DNA of 48,568 nt from a virus: the IMG/VR virus record IMGVR_UViG_3300011936_000008, positions 1-48,568 of that record, one strand, 5' to 3'. This document shows, in pieces, positions 7,754-16,840 of this stretch (position 1 is its first letter; each line of letters opens with the position of its first letter). Made by a program: the position numbers and the translations under genes. Under the pieces are notes generated by a model that saw only the letters and a program-made list of their open reading frames with translations, was not told the origin of the DNA and searched no databases.

Positions 7754-8677
7754 TTAGTTAGGGAAGTTCATGAAGCTGGCGCGAGTATCGCTATCAAACT
7801 CCTCCTTGCGGGCGTTACCTTGAGTGGCTTCGTTATACCCCAGAAGCTCACGGAGCTTACCCGCAACCGAGCCGTCTCGCATTCGTCCAGGGATTCCGAT
7901 GCGGAACTGATTGAACAGAGTCTTCACCATGCGTAAGGTAGACCACTGCATGGAGTCCTGCACCTTCACCATGTCTACGAGGGTGCGGTTACCCCACTCA
8001 GGACGGGGGGTGTAGAAGAGCACTTCTTCAAGTTCTTTCTTGGTTGCCATGTCGAACCAATCTCCTGTTCCTGCCGGGGCTTGTCCGGCGAGTAGTTTGT
8101 TTATGTTATCGCGAAATGCGTCCATGTCAATAAAGGACGGGTCGATTTTCCCCTGCGCGGGTCCTGCATATTCTTTATGTGCAATCTGCAGGAAGTTCGG
8201 GTTGCCCATACCGTAGCCACGTTCCAGCGCGGCGGCGAGGATAGGCATGTATTCCAACTGTGCGGCAGTCCAGTCAGCAGGTGCAACACCCGAAGACTCC
8301 ATCTCCACCCCGATAAGGAACTCATTGCCCCTATTCCGGGGGATGCCTGGGGCTTCACCCTCCCCGGCGTGGTTAGCCCAGCCGGCGGCGATTACGTAAA
8401 CTTCCGCGTTACGCCCAAACACGATGTGCGCCAAAGGCCCCGGCAAGTCGGAGCGCCCGTGGATACACATGTTGAGTGTTGGTGCGCCCTCAGTCCAGTA
8501 GCGGGCAGAGCCTGTAGCGGTGTGGTGCCAAAGAACACCATTGACCGCATCCATCTGCCACCCGTTAGCGGCCTGGTACCCACGGTATTTCCAGCCCTGA
8601 ACTTCAATAACGTTCAAGCGTTTACCGTTCGGTGCAGTGTACGCGCGGAGTTTGTCTGCCAAGTCCGTAATGAACAT
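7754..8677 (-). CDS. Endolysin: N-acetylmuramoyl-L-alanine amidase (Amidase_2/PGRP fold) plus a C-terminal wall-binding region
   Basis: WHHTAT, GVEMESSG and HKEYAGPAQGKIDP motifs typical of zinc amidase_2. Strong RBS AAGGAG 7 nt before ATG 8677 (the tool ORF extends to 8716). Confidence 0.8.
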   Translation of the reverse strand: MFITDLADKLRAYTAPNGKRLNVIEVQGWKYRGYQAANGWQMDAVNGVLWHHTATGSARYWTEGAPTLNMCIHGRSDLPGPLAHIVFGRNAEVYVIAAGWANHAGEGEAPGIPRNRGNEFLIGVEMESSGVAPADWTAAQLEYMPILAAALERGYGMGNPNFLQIAHKEYAGPAQGKIDPSFIDMDAFRDNINKLLAGQAPAGTGDWFDMATKKELEEVLFYTPRPEWGNRTLVDMVKVQDSMQWSTLRMVKTLFNQFRIGIPGRMRDGSVAGKLRELLGYNEATQGNARKEEFDSDTRASFMNFPN

Positions 8678-8802
8678 TGAAGAACTCCTTAGTATTTTAG
8701 TCATAGAGTAGAACACATATACGATATAAGTATAGTACCTGTGGTACGATAGACATGCCTCAGGGAGGTTGGCGCGTCCCTGCTGTAGGCATTTTCTCCT
8801 AC

Positions 8803-8836
8803 CCCGGCGAGATTGTTAGTCATCTCGCCGGGGGTT
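8803..8836. terminator. GC-rich hairpin cluster in the gap between the tail genes and the lysis cassette
   Basis: CCCCGGCGAGATTGTTAGTCATCTCGCCGGGG then GTTTTCT. A second 10-bp hairpin GAAATACCCC ... GGGGTATTTC lies at 8860-8902. Confidence 0.4.
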
Positions 8837-8962
8837 TTCTGTATCCCGTACCGGACATAGAAATACCCCCGCACGTCGTGACACCCGTGCCGGGGTATTT
8901 CTATGTTGGGGTTCCCTCCCCAACACCTCAACCACATTCTGAAAGGATAACTATATTATACC

Positions 8963-10837
8963 TTATGCCCAGCGGGTGAAAAGCGGGATGTTTAGGATGT
9001 ACCGGCGACCGCGAGCAGATGCCCCGAACGACCAGAACTTTATATCCCGAGAACCAGCTTCGACGGCTACAGAACCTTCGTTCTGCTGGCCTGGTATAAC
9101 CTGAATCTCGCTCAAGGATACTGGGGTTGGTGCCTCCGGTGGGAGACGGAACACCGTAGCTCCACTAGGCGGGGCCGATACCATATCTAAATCCATGTGT
9201 ATGAGCGCGTGACCCGATGAACGGTCTACACTCATGGACTGCGCCACAGCACCACTACGCAGGTTGATGTCATTGCTCACCTTCGCCAGCTGATACGTCA
9301 GTACGCCTGAGGTCTGGTTCAGAATCTCCGTCTTGACAGCCTGCAGACGCTCTTCGGATACACCAGAGCCGCCGCCACTAGTCGGGGCTGGGTACGTGAA
9401 GTTACCAACCTGGAGTCGAACACCATCACCTTGCGGGTCTTTGTACCGAAGCGGAACAGACGCTTGCGTGTAATTCTGCGGCACGGGAACGTCCAGTGTA
9501 GTGCAGTTCGCAATAACAAGACCCTTGAACCAGGACTCAACGTAGTAACTCCACCGAGCGCCACCGTCATTCGGACGAGCGCGGCGGGAGGAACAGCCTT
9601 GCAACACCGTGCCGTCCGTGCCCGAGTTGCAGAGGTAGAAATCTGCACTGGAGTTTTTACCTGCCGAGCCGTGTGCAGTAGGCCCGTAGGACGAGGACTC
9701 CCCACGGCACGCGGTAAAGGTGTTGTCGCCGAACTCCACGAAGAATCCGTGGCCGCCGTTTTCCTGGGCTTCGCAGGTGGTGAACGCGCACTTGGTGGCA
9801 CGGATGCGCCAGCCTGCACCGTTGTACTGAGACGCACGAGCATTACTGCCAGGCGAACCTGCTGTAATATCAGCACCAGGTGCGGCGTTACCGGCGATAC
9901 CGTAGAGCTGACCGAACGCCGCGCCGGAGTGGGTGTACCAGGACGTGCTCAGATCGAACTTCGTCTGGGAGGTGTAAATCTCAACGCCGGCGAAGTTCCC
10001 GCGCCCCTGGTTCGAGCCGCCAATATCAGCCCCGAAGAACTTATTATCAGCCGCGCCACCAGAGCCTTCACCATGTCCCGGGGGCTTACCAACGATAAGT
10101 CCAGCCTGGTAACTGTTGCGCACTCGCAGACCGAAGGAACACATGGCCTGGTCGTCGTTACCGATGATAGCAATGCCAGTTTCCATATCCCACACGGTGA
10201 GGTTGTTCAGCTTCGGTACCGAATCCGGTTCAGGCGGGTTGGCTCCCATGTCGGAGTTGAGACATACGCCGATAGTGCCTGGAATGTAGTTCTGATGCTG
10301 ACGGCCAGTCTTCCGGGCGCGAATCCACAGGTCAGATAGACCGAAGTGCATCAGGTCATTCGACTGCTTACGCGTGTTCCACGAGCCGGTATGGAAAATA
10401 CCCGTGCGCTCTGCAATCGCCTTGGTATCAGTGGCGATAATCTCAGTAGCACGGTCATCACCGTAGACGTGCACGAAACCCTTCAACTCAATGAACGGGT
10501 AGCTGACAAGGTACCGACCCGCGGGGATATATACCGAGCCCCCGCCGAGAGCGTGTACGTCGTTTATTGCATCCTGAATAGCTTTCGTGGAATCGCGCTT
10601 GCCGGTCGGGTCTGCCTCATACGGAGCATGGGTAACCGTGACGGCGTAAGAGCTGTTCTTCACGATGGACGACGAAGCCTGTGGCACCGTCGGGGGATGC
10701 TCAGTGAGGTACTGCTTCACCATGTTTTGAATCTGCTCGTCCGTGATGGTTGGTGCAGTTACCCGCTTACGAATGGCCGCGTCAGGCTTGCCGGTGTAGT
10801 CGCTGTTTTTGAAGCTGGGCATAGTGAATGTAGCCAC
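8963..10837 (-). CDS. Tailspike / tail fiber with a right-handed beta-helix (pectate-lyase-like) depolymerase domain
   Basis: DSTKAIQDAINDVHALGGGSVYIPAGRY is the hallmark N-cap of Pectate_lyase_3 / tailspike beta-helices. Gly/Ser/Asn-rich repeats after it. RBS AAGGAGG before GTG 10837. Confidence 0.65.
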   Translation of the reverse strand: MATFTMPSFKNSDYTGKPDAAIRKRVTAPTITDEQIQNMVKQYLTEHPPTVPQASSSIVKNSSYAVTVTHAPYEADPTGKRDSTKAIQDAINDVHALGGGSVYIPAGRYLVSYPFIELKGFVHVYGDDRATEIIATDTKAIAERTGIFHTGSWNTRKQSNDLMHFGLSDLWIRARKTGRQHQNYIPGTIGVCLNSDMGANPPEPDSVPKLNNLTVWDMETGIAIIGNDDQAMCSFGLRVRNSYQAGLIVGKPPGHGEGSGGAADNKFFGADIGGSNQGRGNFAGVEIYTSQTKFDLSTSWYTHSGAAFGQLYGIAGNAAPGADITAGSPGSNARASQYNGAGWRIRATKCAFTTCEAQENGGHGFFVEFGDNTFTACRGESSSYGPTAHGSAGKNSSADFYLCNSGTDGTVLQGCSSRRARPNDGGARWSYYVESWFKGLVIANCTTLDVPVPQNYTQASVPLRYKDPQGDGVRLQVGNFTYPAPTSGGGSGVSEERLQAVKTEILNQTSGVLTYQLAKVSNDINLRSGAVAQSMSVDRSSGHALIHMDLDMVSAPPSGATVFRLPPEAPTPVSLSEIQVIPGQQNEGSVAVEAGSRDIKFWSFGASARGRRYILNIPLFTRWA

Positions 10838-10848
10838 TACCTTCCTCC

Positions 10849-11898
10849 TTAATGCTGGGGACTTTCCTCTTCGGTGACTATCTCGTTCATCTTCAACTCA
10901 AGGGCGGCGAGCCGCTTCTCGAAAGGGAGAACACCTTTAATCCAAGCACGAACGCGGTCTTCCACCCACGGCGAGGGCGGCATATCGTAAGGGTTCTCCT
11001 GCGGGTGGTCTTCCGAGCCGTCACCAACCTTGAAAGTTCGGTCGGTGACGTAGAGGTTACCAATGCCCAGGGAGTCAGCCTTAGCGAACACAGCATCAAT
11101 GTTCTGCTGAGTCGCGCCGTGGATGACGTGCCAGAACCTCCACGACGGGATGCCTTTGTAGTGGTCTGGATGGATGTACTTCGTTGCAGGGTCGATGTAT
11201 TTCGCCGCGTCCGACTCGTAGGTGAGTGCGATGTCGCAAGCGTCCATCATAGACTTCGGGGTGTTCGAGCCAGGGTTGATAACGATAAGCGTATCGTGCC
11301 CTAACTCTTCTTTCAGCTGCTTGTACAAGCTGGTGTAGTTCTCAATGACCTTGTTCTGCAGAGTCTCGTCCAACCACGGCGAGGTCTCGTCCAGGAAGAT
11401 ACCACCGAAGATGTCACCGAAGTCTTCCCTCACCGCCTTGGCGGAGTTGATGATGAACTCGTTGGTGAACTTCGTCACCTCTTCCATTGTCACGCCGAGG
11501 TTAGTGCGCACCTTCTCCCTATATGTCTCGGGCATGCCGTCCATGTTCGCGCCGTGCCTGGTTTTGATGTAGAACAGCACGCGCATAGCGCCAGCACCTT
11601 TAGCGAGCTGGCCCTGCACCTCGAAGTCCTGGTCTTTCCGTTTGGAGAGCCAATCTCCCGAAGCGCGGTTGAGTATCACCATGCCGAGGGTGTTGCCAAA
11701 AGCGAGGAACTTAGCCCACTTTGAGTTCGCGCCGTTGTAGTAGTCCGGCCAGGTATACGTTACGGGGCTGTAGTAGTGCTGTCCGTTCACGAATCCGAAG
11801 TTCGGCTGGCGAGTCTCGAAGTGCGCTACCTGTTTCGAGACCTCAGACTCAATCCGCTGAGTCAGCGTTTTGTTAGTAGAGACATGGTATTCCGCCAT
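10849..11898 (-). CDS. Putative TIM-barrel glycoside hydrolase, tail-associated (second depolymerase-like enzyme)
   Basis: Strong RBS AAGGAGG before ATG 11898. GIFLDETSP-type acidic motif and overall pattern suggest a (beta/alpha)8 glycosidase of the GH114/spherulin-4-like kind. Embedded among tail fiber genes. Tentative. Confidence 0.4.
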   Translation of the reverse strand: MAEYHVSTNKTLTQRIESEVSKQVAHFETRQPNFGFVNGQHYYSPVTYTWPDYYNGANSKWAKFLAFGNTLGMVILNRASGDWLSKRKDQDFEVQGQLAKGAGAMRVLFYIKTRHGANMDGMPETYREKVRTNLGVTMEEVTKFTNEFIINSAKAVREDFGDIFGGIFLDETSPWLDETLQNKVIENYTSLYKQLKEELGHDTLIVINPGSNTPKSMMDACDIALTYESDAAKYIDPATKYIHPDHYKGIPSWRFWHVIHGATQQNIDAVFAKADSLGIGNLYVTDRTFKVGDGSEDHPQENPYDMPPSPWVEDRVRAWIKGVLPFEKRLAALELKMNEIVTEEESPQH

Positions 11899-11911
11899 GC
11901 ATCCTCCTTAG

Positions 11912-12247
11912 TTAGTGTGTAAGCGTCCGGTTGTATACCGCAGACAGTCGCCCGGAGGCGTTGCGGTTTCGCGCTTGGGCATCAATAAGTTCCATAACCC
12001 GGTCTTCGCTCACGCCGGGGGATACGGCGTTCTTCTCACTGAGCACGGACTCCACAGCTTTACGCAGTGCGAAGTTGTCGTTCAGTGAAGCGGCCGGGGT
12101 GGGCTTGACGGGTGCCGTCTCGGGTTCAGGTGCACTCGGCGCAGGAAGAGCGCCCTCTTCCGCCAGCACTTCGAGGACAATGGCGCGTATCGCCTGTACC
12201 CCTTGACGGGAGAATCCCCCATCCTGGTTCAATACTGCAATATCCAC
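11912..12247 (-). CDS. Small protein (111 aa, GTG start) carrying one copy of the 22-aa module repeated in the upstream fiber protein
   Basis: GVSEDRVMELIDAQ matches GVSEEQVNTIVQAAI, GVSETKVQELIRSAV and GVNEDKVREIVDGKV of 12249..13283. RBS AAGGA before the GTG, which overlaps the upstream stop. Confidence 0.45.
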   Translation of the reverse strand: MDIAVLNQDGGFSRQGVQAIRAIVLEVLAEEGALPAPSAPEPETAPVKPTPAASLNDNFALRKAVESVLSEKNAVSPGVSEDRVMELIDAQARNRNASGRLSAVYNRTLTH

Positions 12248-12248
12248 G

Positions 12249-13283
12249 TTATGCGTCCTTAGTCGTGATGGTGAGAGTCCCATCCCCGTTATCGGTGATG
12301 GTCGGCACCTTGCCGTCCACAATCTCGCGAACCTTGTCTTCGTTCACGCCGGGTTCAACCGGGGGGATAGCCGCAATAGCGGCATCTGTAGCCTTCTTCG
12401 CGTCAGTTAGGGCTTCGGTCTTCGCGGCGGCAATCTTAGGTTCTACCTCGGCAAGAGTTTCTGTCTTAGCGGTGGATACTGCCTCTGTCTTCGCAGTGGC
12501 AATCTTAGAATCCACGTCAGCAGAAACGGCGGACTTAGCAGACTCAACGGCTTCCGTCTTGGCGGTGGCAATCTTAGGTTCTACCTCGGCAAGAGTTTCT
12601 GTCTTGGCAGTGGTTACGGCTTCTGTCTTGGCGGTGGCAATCTTAGGTTCTACCTCGGCAAGAGTTTCTGTCTTGATGGTCTTAGATGCTTCTGTCAGAG
12701 CTGTCTGGATAGCGGCTTGAACCTGTGCTGCATTCAGTCCACCCTCAGGGGTCGGCGGGAGCTTCGCAATCTCCTGCTGGATAAGCTGAGCTACCTTCGC
12801 TTCATCCACACCACTAGCCGGGGGTATGACCGCGATAGCCTTCTGCACGATGGTGTTCACCTGCTCCTCAGAAAGACCCTTCTCAGGTGCCGGCAGGGCG
12901 GCGATAGCGGCCTGGATAAGACCATTTACCTGCTGTTCCGTCAAGCCTTCCTGTGGGGTAGGAATCTTAGAGATAGCGGCCTGTACGATGGTGTTCACCT
13001 GCTCCTCAGACACACCGCTCTGCGACGGGGGAAGCTGGGAAACAGCAGAGCGGATAAGCTCTTGAACCTTAGTCTCGCTCACGCCGGGGGTCTGGGGAAT
13101 CTTCGCAACCTCGGCCTGAACAATCGAACGTATCTTCGACTCGTCTACCGCGGGTGCGGGAATGGGTAGCGAGTTGATTTTGCTCGCTACGATGGACTCA
13201 ACCTCAGAACGGGAAAGGCCACCCGAGACGGTGACAGCACCGATGGGCGGGGGAGTATGGGAAACGAGCGGCTGGTCTGCCAC
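12249..13283 (-). CDS. Repeat-containing tail fiber-like protein (344 aa) with two kinds of internal tandem peptide repeats
   Basis: About 5 copies of P-x-x-G-[VL]-[ST]-E-x-x-V-x-x-[LI]-[IV]-x-x-A-[IV]-x-x-[IL]-P and about 4 copies of KTETLAEVEPKIATAKTEAV; AGGAGG RBS before GTG 13283; C-terminal GDGTLTITTKDA. Confidence 0.6.
   Translation of the reverse strand: MADQPLVSHTPPPIGAVTVSGGLSRSEVESIVASKINSLPIPAPAVDESKIRSIVQAEVAKIPQTPGVSETKVQELIRSAVSQLPPSQSGVSEEQVNTIVQAAISKIPTPQEGLTEQQVNGLIQAAIAALPAPEKGLSEEQVNTIVQKAIAVIPPASGVDEAKVAQLIQQEIAKLPPTPEGGLNAAQVQAAIQTALTEASKTIKTETLAEVEPKIATAKTEAVTTAKTETLAEVEPKIATAKTEAVESAKSAVSADVDSKIATAKTEAVSTAKTETLAEVEPKIAAAKTEALTDAKKATDAAIAAIPPVEPGVNEDKVREIVDGKVPTITDNGDGTLTITTKDA
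12420..12700. repeat. Tandem DNA repeats of about 60-63 bp inside the fiber gene (encode the KTETLAEVEPKIATAKTEAV units)
   Basis: GGCGGTGGCAATCTTAGGTTCTACCTCGGCAAGAGTTTCTGTCTTGG recurs at least 3 times with diverged copies between. Confidence 0.75.
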
Positions 13284-13310
13284 TTGATACCTCCTAGGTA
13301 AAAGAAAAAT

Positions 13311-13337
13311 GGGAGTGTACTCGAACAGTACACTCCC
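13311..13337 (-). terminator. Intrinsic terminator/attenuator on the minus strand inside the late operon
   Basis: 11-bp perfect stem GGGAGTGTACT / AGTACACTCCC, loop CGAAC, followed on the minus strand by ATTTTTCTTTT. Confidence 0.7.
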
Positions 13338-13351
13338 ATTCTACCGGGGAA

Positions 13352-14101
13352 CTAGGCTTGCTTCTTTTTCAGTTCTGCAAGCTCTGCCTGTAGCCCTGCG
13401 ATAGCGGCTTCGGCTTCGGCTAACCGTGCATGGAGTTTCTTCGTACTAGCCTTTTCAGCCGTGAAAAACTCCACTACGTCATTCGCAAACGGGACGACTC
13501 GCGTTAAGGAATACGGGTTGGAAATCTGCGCATAATGCGTATTTCCTTTCGAATCCTTATTGAAGATGTAGAACTGCCCTGCCTCAACAGCAACATTCCA
13601 CGCCGTGCCGGAGTTTATCGCATACAAGATAATCACGCTGTTGTTCGGTGCCGACGCAAGCGGCCACGCCGGGAGGGAAGCCGCATCCACGTAGGTATAC
13701 CAGGTACGGTCTGGGCCAACCGGGATGGGCACTCGTCTGTCTAGGTTGTCGGCAAAGCTGTTACGCAGTGTCGAGGCTAGATTACTTGAGTTATCATTCA
13801 AAGTATTGACCTGCTGTGCGAGCTTACGCTCAAGGTCGTCCTTGGTGTTCGTTATTTTATTGTTCACCAGGTCAATCTGCGTATTACGCTCAACCTTCGC
13901 AGCGAGAACCTGCTGGTCTGTATACGTTTTCGCGGTGTTTATCGCCTGGTCTCGCTGTTCCGCCGCATTAGTGAACGCCGCCGCACGGCACTGCGTGATA
14001 GCCGCGTCCGCAGACTCAGCGAGTTTCTGTGCCTGCAGGCGACCCTTCGCAATATCGTTCGGGTTGTCGTAGTAAATGCTCCATGTAGAAGTCTTACCCA
14101 C
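13352..14101 (-). CDS. Tail fiber / structural protein with a C-terminal coiled coil (249 aa)
   Basis: Ends ARLAEAEAAIAGLQAELAELKKKQA; central Asn/Thr-rich region; lies between the tail tip protein and the fibers; GTG start with an AAGGAAGG RBS. Confidence 0.5.
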   Translation of the reverse strand: MGKTSTWSIYYDNPNDIAKGRLQAQKLAESADAAITQCRAAAFTNAAEQRDQAINTAKTYTDQQVLAAKVERNTQIDLVNNKITNTKDDLERKLAQQVNTLNDNSSNLASTLRNSFADNLDRRVPIPVGPDRTWYTYVDAASLPAWPLASAPNNSVIILYAINSGTAWNVAVEAGQFYIFNKDSKGNTHYAQISNPYSLTRVVPFANDVVEFFTAEKASTKKLHARLAEAEAAIAGLQAELAELKKKQA

Positions 14102-14116
14102 TGATATATTCCTTCC

Positions 14117-16837
14117 TTAGAGTAACGGGTTAGCCTCGGCCTTAGTCCACGTCGTGCCTTGCCGCTGGCGGGTGTCTTCAAGCTGTTGCCAAGTTCGCTT
14201 GCCCGACTCGTTGTTAGCTTCGACGGTCTCCCACGTCTGGATAGTCTGGTCGTAACTGAACACCCACACCGTCAAGGTTGTCGTATTGTCGTCAGGTTGA
14301 TGCGACAACCCACAGATGACCCCTCGTACAACAGCACCAAAGACGTTCTCCCTACCGAACTCATTCATGCCCTTGATGGTGACGACCGAGCCGAGGACTA
14401 ACGACAGGTCGTAAGGTATCTCAAGGTTAGTGAAGTGCGGCTGTGCGTCCAGAGCATACCGACTGAGCACGTCCGCTACTTCCTTGGCAAACTTCCTATC
14501 ATCTATGAAGTCCCACCCTTCAAGGGTCAGGGTGCGTGCGTTCGGCGTTCCGCCGGATACCATGTGCTTCTGCTTGATGCGCTTCATGGTTCCACGGGCG
14601 CGTATCACCGGAAGCTCAATATCAGGAACCACAATGCCGTATGCGGCGGTGTTATTCACCCTGGTTCCACGACGGTAGTCGTGCGTGGCGGTGCGAAGCT
14701 GAATATCCTTGGACGTAGTTTCCTTAACCAACGGACCATCAGAGTTTATAAACGTGCCGGAGATAGCCTTCTGAGTCAGTTTGGTAACCCACGGCGAGAG
14801 CGCTTCCACCTTGCAGTCAATAGTAGCGGCGTAACGCCACTCCCATTGAGTCAAGCCATTGGATGCTTGCGCACCTGACTTGACCTGTGTAGATACGAGG
14901 GTGCACCCACCATAGAACGAGCCGTTGTTGTCAGCAATCCAAGACCAATCCTGAGCGCCCTGGTCTTCCACGGAAGTATCCAAGTCCAGCCATTCTGTTG
15001 ATTCGTCTGGCTGGATAAAGTCTTCAATGGTATCTCCGACGGCAATAGTGCCGCCTTTTTTCCACACGTCAAGCTGCGTTTTTCGGGTTTGCGAGATAGC
15101 CCAGTCTGCATACTCTACTTCGATACGAGAGCATGTCAGGGTCAAGTCGGTGTTTATACCGAACGCACCAATATCGTATGACGGGTTCAGCGTGCCGGCG
15201 TTACCTATCGTCCCGGATACCAAACTCTCAAGAGGACAGACCTGTGCGACTCCATCAGCGTCAATCCACCAACCCACAGCGAGGGACTCGCATAAGTCTT
15301 TCAGCACCTCACCTGCGGTACGGTCGCGTAGAGACGGCATGGTGGTTTGGTTGATAAGACGATTCGCGGCGGTGAAGTTCACCTTCGGGTCCCACTGCTG
15401 GTACTCGGTTCTCACCGCGTCCAGGAACTTCTTACGTTGCGGTTGATTGTCGGGAATGGTAGACACCTGCAACCCACAGATACCCGAACGAGGGAACTTA
15501 CGTCCGTTCTTCACGTCGTTGAAAATCCATACCTCCGCCCACGCCGGGAGGTGACGTTCTAATCCTCCTACGGCGTGCAGGTTCCGAGGCATTTGAACGA
15601 AGCCTGAATCGACAACAGCACCCCCAAATGACGCGTAAAACCGCACGGAGTTGCCGTCCTGCTCTAAGATAGCAGAGGTTATCTTAGACCCTGCGTTCAT
15701 GGGGAACTGCCCAGTCCACATGACGGTAGCGCGAGTTTCTTGGGACTCCGGGAATCGGTCTTCGTATTGGTTGAAATACAGCTCTACCTTGCCGGAGTCG
15801 TCCCAGCGAATAGATGCCCCGCATGCATCCTCAGTGATGATTTTCACCTGGTACAGGTTACCCATATGCTCACGAGCGGGGTCCCACCGAATCATCCAGG
15901 ATGCGAAAATGTCAGACCTGCGATGTTCCTGAGGGATACCGAACGGCCCGATGCGACGCGTCTGAGCTACCTTGATAATGCCTTCGGTCATCCACGAGCC
16001 GCCTTTGTCATACCACAGCGTAGGTGGCTGTAAGCGGTCACGGTTAGAACGGGACTGCACAACCTCGCCGGAGGCACCGACACCGTTACGGGAATACCCA
16101 CCCACAGTAAAGCCCAGGTCAGCACCGTTGTCTAGGTTTCCTATTTGACCTTCCGGCCCGACAATATCATTCCACGTCCTGTAGTCCTGAACATAACAGG
16201 GGTTGTCCCATTGGTTTACCCAAAAGGACCCGAATATAGGAAGGCTCAAGACGGTGAGGGGTGTAGCCGGCGGTGCATACGTGTAGCCGGCGGCGGCAAG
16301 AGCTATGCCGAGCTTGTACGCCGGGGCGGGGTTGGTGTATCGGAGCGCTTGACCGTCTTCGAAGAACTTCTCTTTCTGTCCGACGAGCCACCCGTAGAAC
16401 TGGTTGCGCCAGTGGTATACAGGGTCGGCATTTATCTTATTGGAAAAACCGTCTACACGTTGGGTCAGTGACAGACCCACGGAGGACTCGTTGAAGGACA
16501 CATTGTCTACAAGCATCACCATGTGCTTGATGGTCTGGTCTTTAACCCAATTCTTGTTAGCGCCAGATGTGTACTGCATACGGTCGTCGAACTGTTGTAA
16601 CACGAGCCGGACAGTATCCCCTCGGTGAGGGTATGCACCAGTGAACGGGGACGGGAATCCCTGCGCGCCACCTCCAGATAGGTCAATGTTCAAGCTAACC
16701 CGAAGATACGTCTGCGTGGAGGGGGATATATCAGAGGGTACCGGGTGGAACGCGTGCTCCACCTTCACGTTGCTGATGGGGAACTCTTTACCGCGCCACT
16801 GCAAGTATTCATCTGTACGACGGGCTACAAAGGTCAT
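14117..16837 (-). CDS. Large minor tail / tail tip protein (906 aa; Tal or host-specificity-like)
   Basis: Size and position immediately after the Dit-like gene and tape measure in a siphovirus tail module. Confidence 0.65.
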   Translation of the reverse strand: MTFVARRTDEYLQWRGKEFPISNVKVEHAFHPVPSDISPSTQTYLRVSLNIDLSGGGAQGFPSPFTGAYPHRGDTVRLVLQQFDDRMQYTSGANKNWVKDQTIKHMVMLVDNVSFNESSVGLSLTQRVDGFSNKINADPVYHWRNQFYGWLVGQKEKFFEDGQALRYTNPAPAYKLGIALAAAGYTYAPPATPLTVLSLPIFGSFWVNQWDNPCYVQDYRTWNDIVGPEGQIGNLDNGADLGFTVGGYSRNGVGASGEVVQSRSNRDRLQPPTLWYDKGGSWMTEGIIKVAQTRRIGPFGIPQEHRRSDIFASWMIRWDPAREHMGNLYQVKIITEDACGASIRWDDSGKVELYFNQYEDRFPESQETRATVMWTGQFPMNAGSKITSAILEQDGNSVRFYASFGGAVVDSGFVQMPRNLHAVGGLERHLPAWAEVWIFNDVKNGRKFPRSGICGLQVSTIPDNQPQRKKFLDAVRTEYQQWDPKVNFTAANRLINQTTMPSLRDRTAGEVLKDLCESLAVGWWIDADGVAQVCPLESLVSGTIGNAGTLNPSYDIGAFGINTDLTLTCSRIEVEYADWAISQTRKTQLDVWKKGGTIAVGDTIEDFIQPDESTEWLDLDTSVEDQGAQDWSWIADNNGSFYGGCTLVSTQVKSGAQASNGLTQWEWRYAATIDCKVEALSPWVTKLTQKAISGTFINSDGPLVKETTSKDIQLRTATHDYRRGTRVNNTAAYGIVVPDIELPVIRARGTMKRIKQKHMVSGGTPNARTLTLEGWDFIDDRKFAKEVADVLSRYALDAQPHFTNLEIPYDLSLVLGSVVTIKGMNEFGRENVFGAVVRGVICGLSHQPDDNTTTLTVWVFSYDQTIQTWETVEANNESGKRTWQQLEDTRQRQGTTWTKAEANPLL

Positions 16838-16840
16838 TTA

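Noticed and set aside
8755-8979. 74-aa plus-strand ORF in the 8717-8962 gap
   Set aside because: Lies within a cluster of GC-rich hairpins (terminator/promoter region) with no RBS; Pro/Gly-rich translation.
9319-10339. ORFs 9319..9876 (-), 9431..10339 (+), 9880..10098 (+) inside the tailspike gene
   Set aside because: Alternative-frame or antisense ORFs of a GC-rich gene; Arg-rich composition; the 624-aa frame has the recognisable beta-helix motifs.
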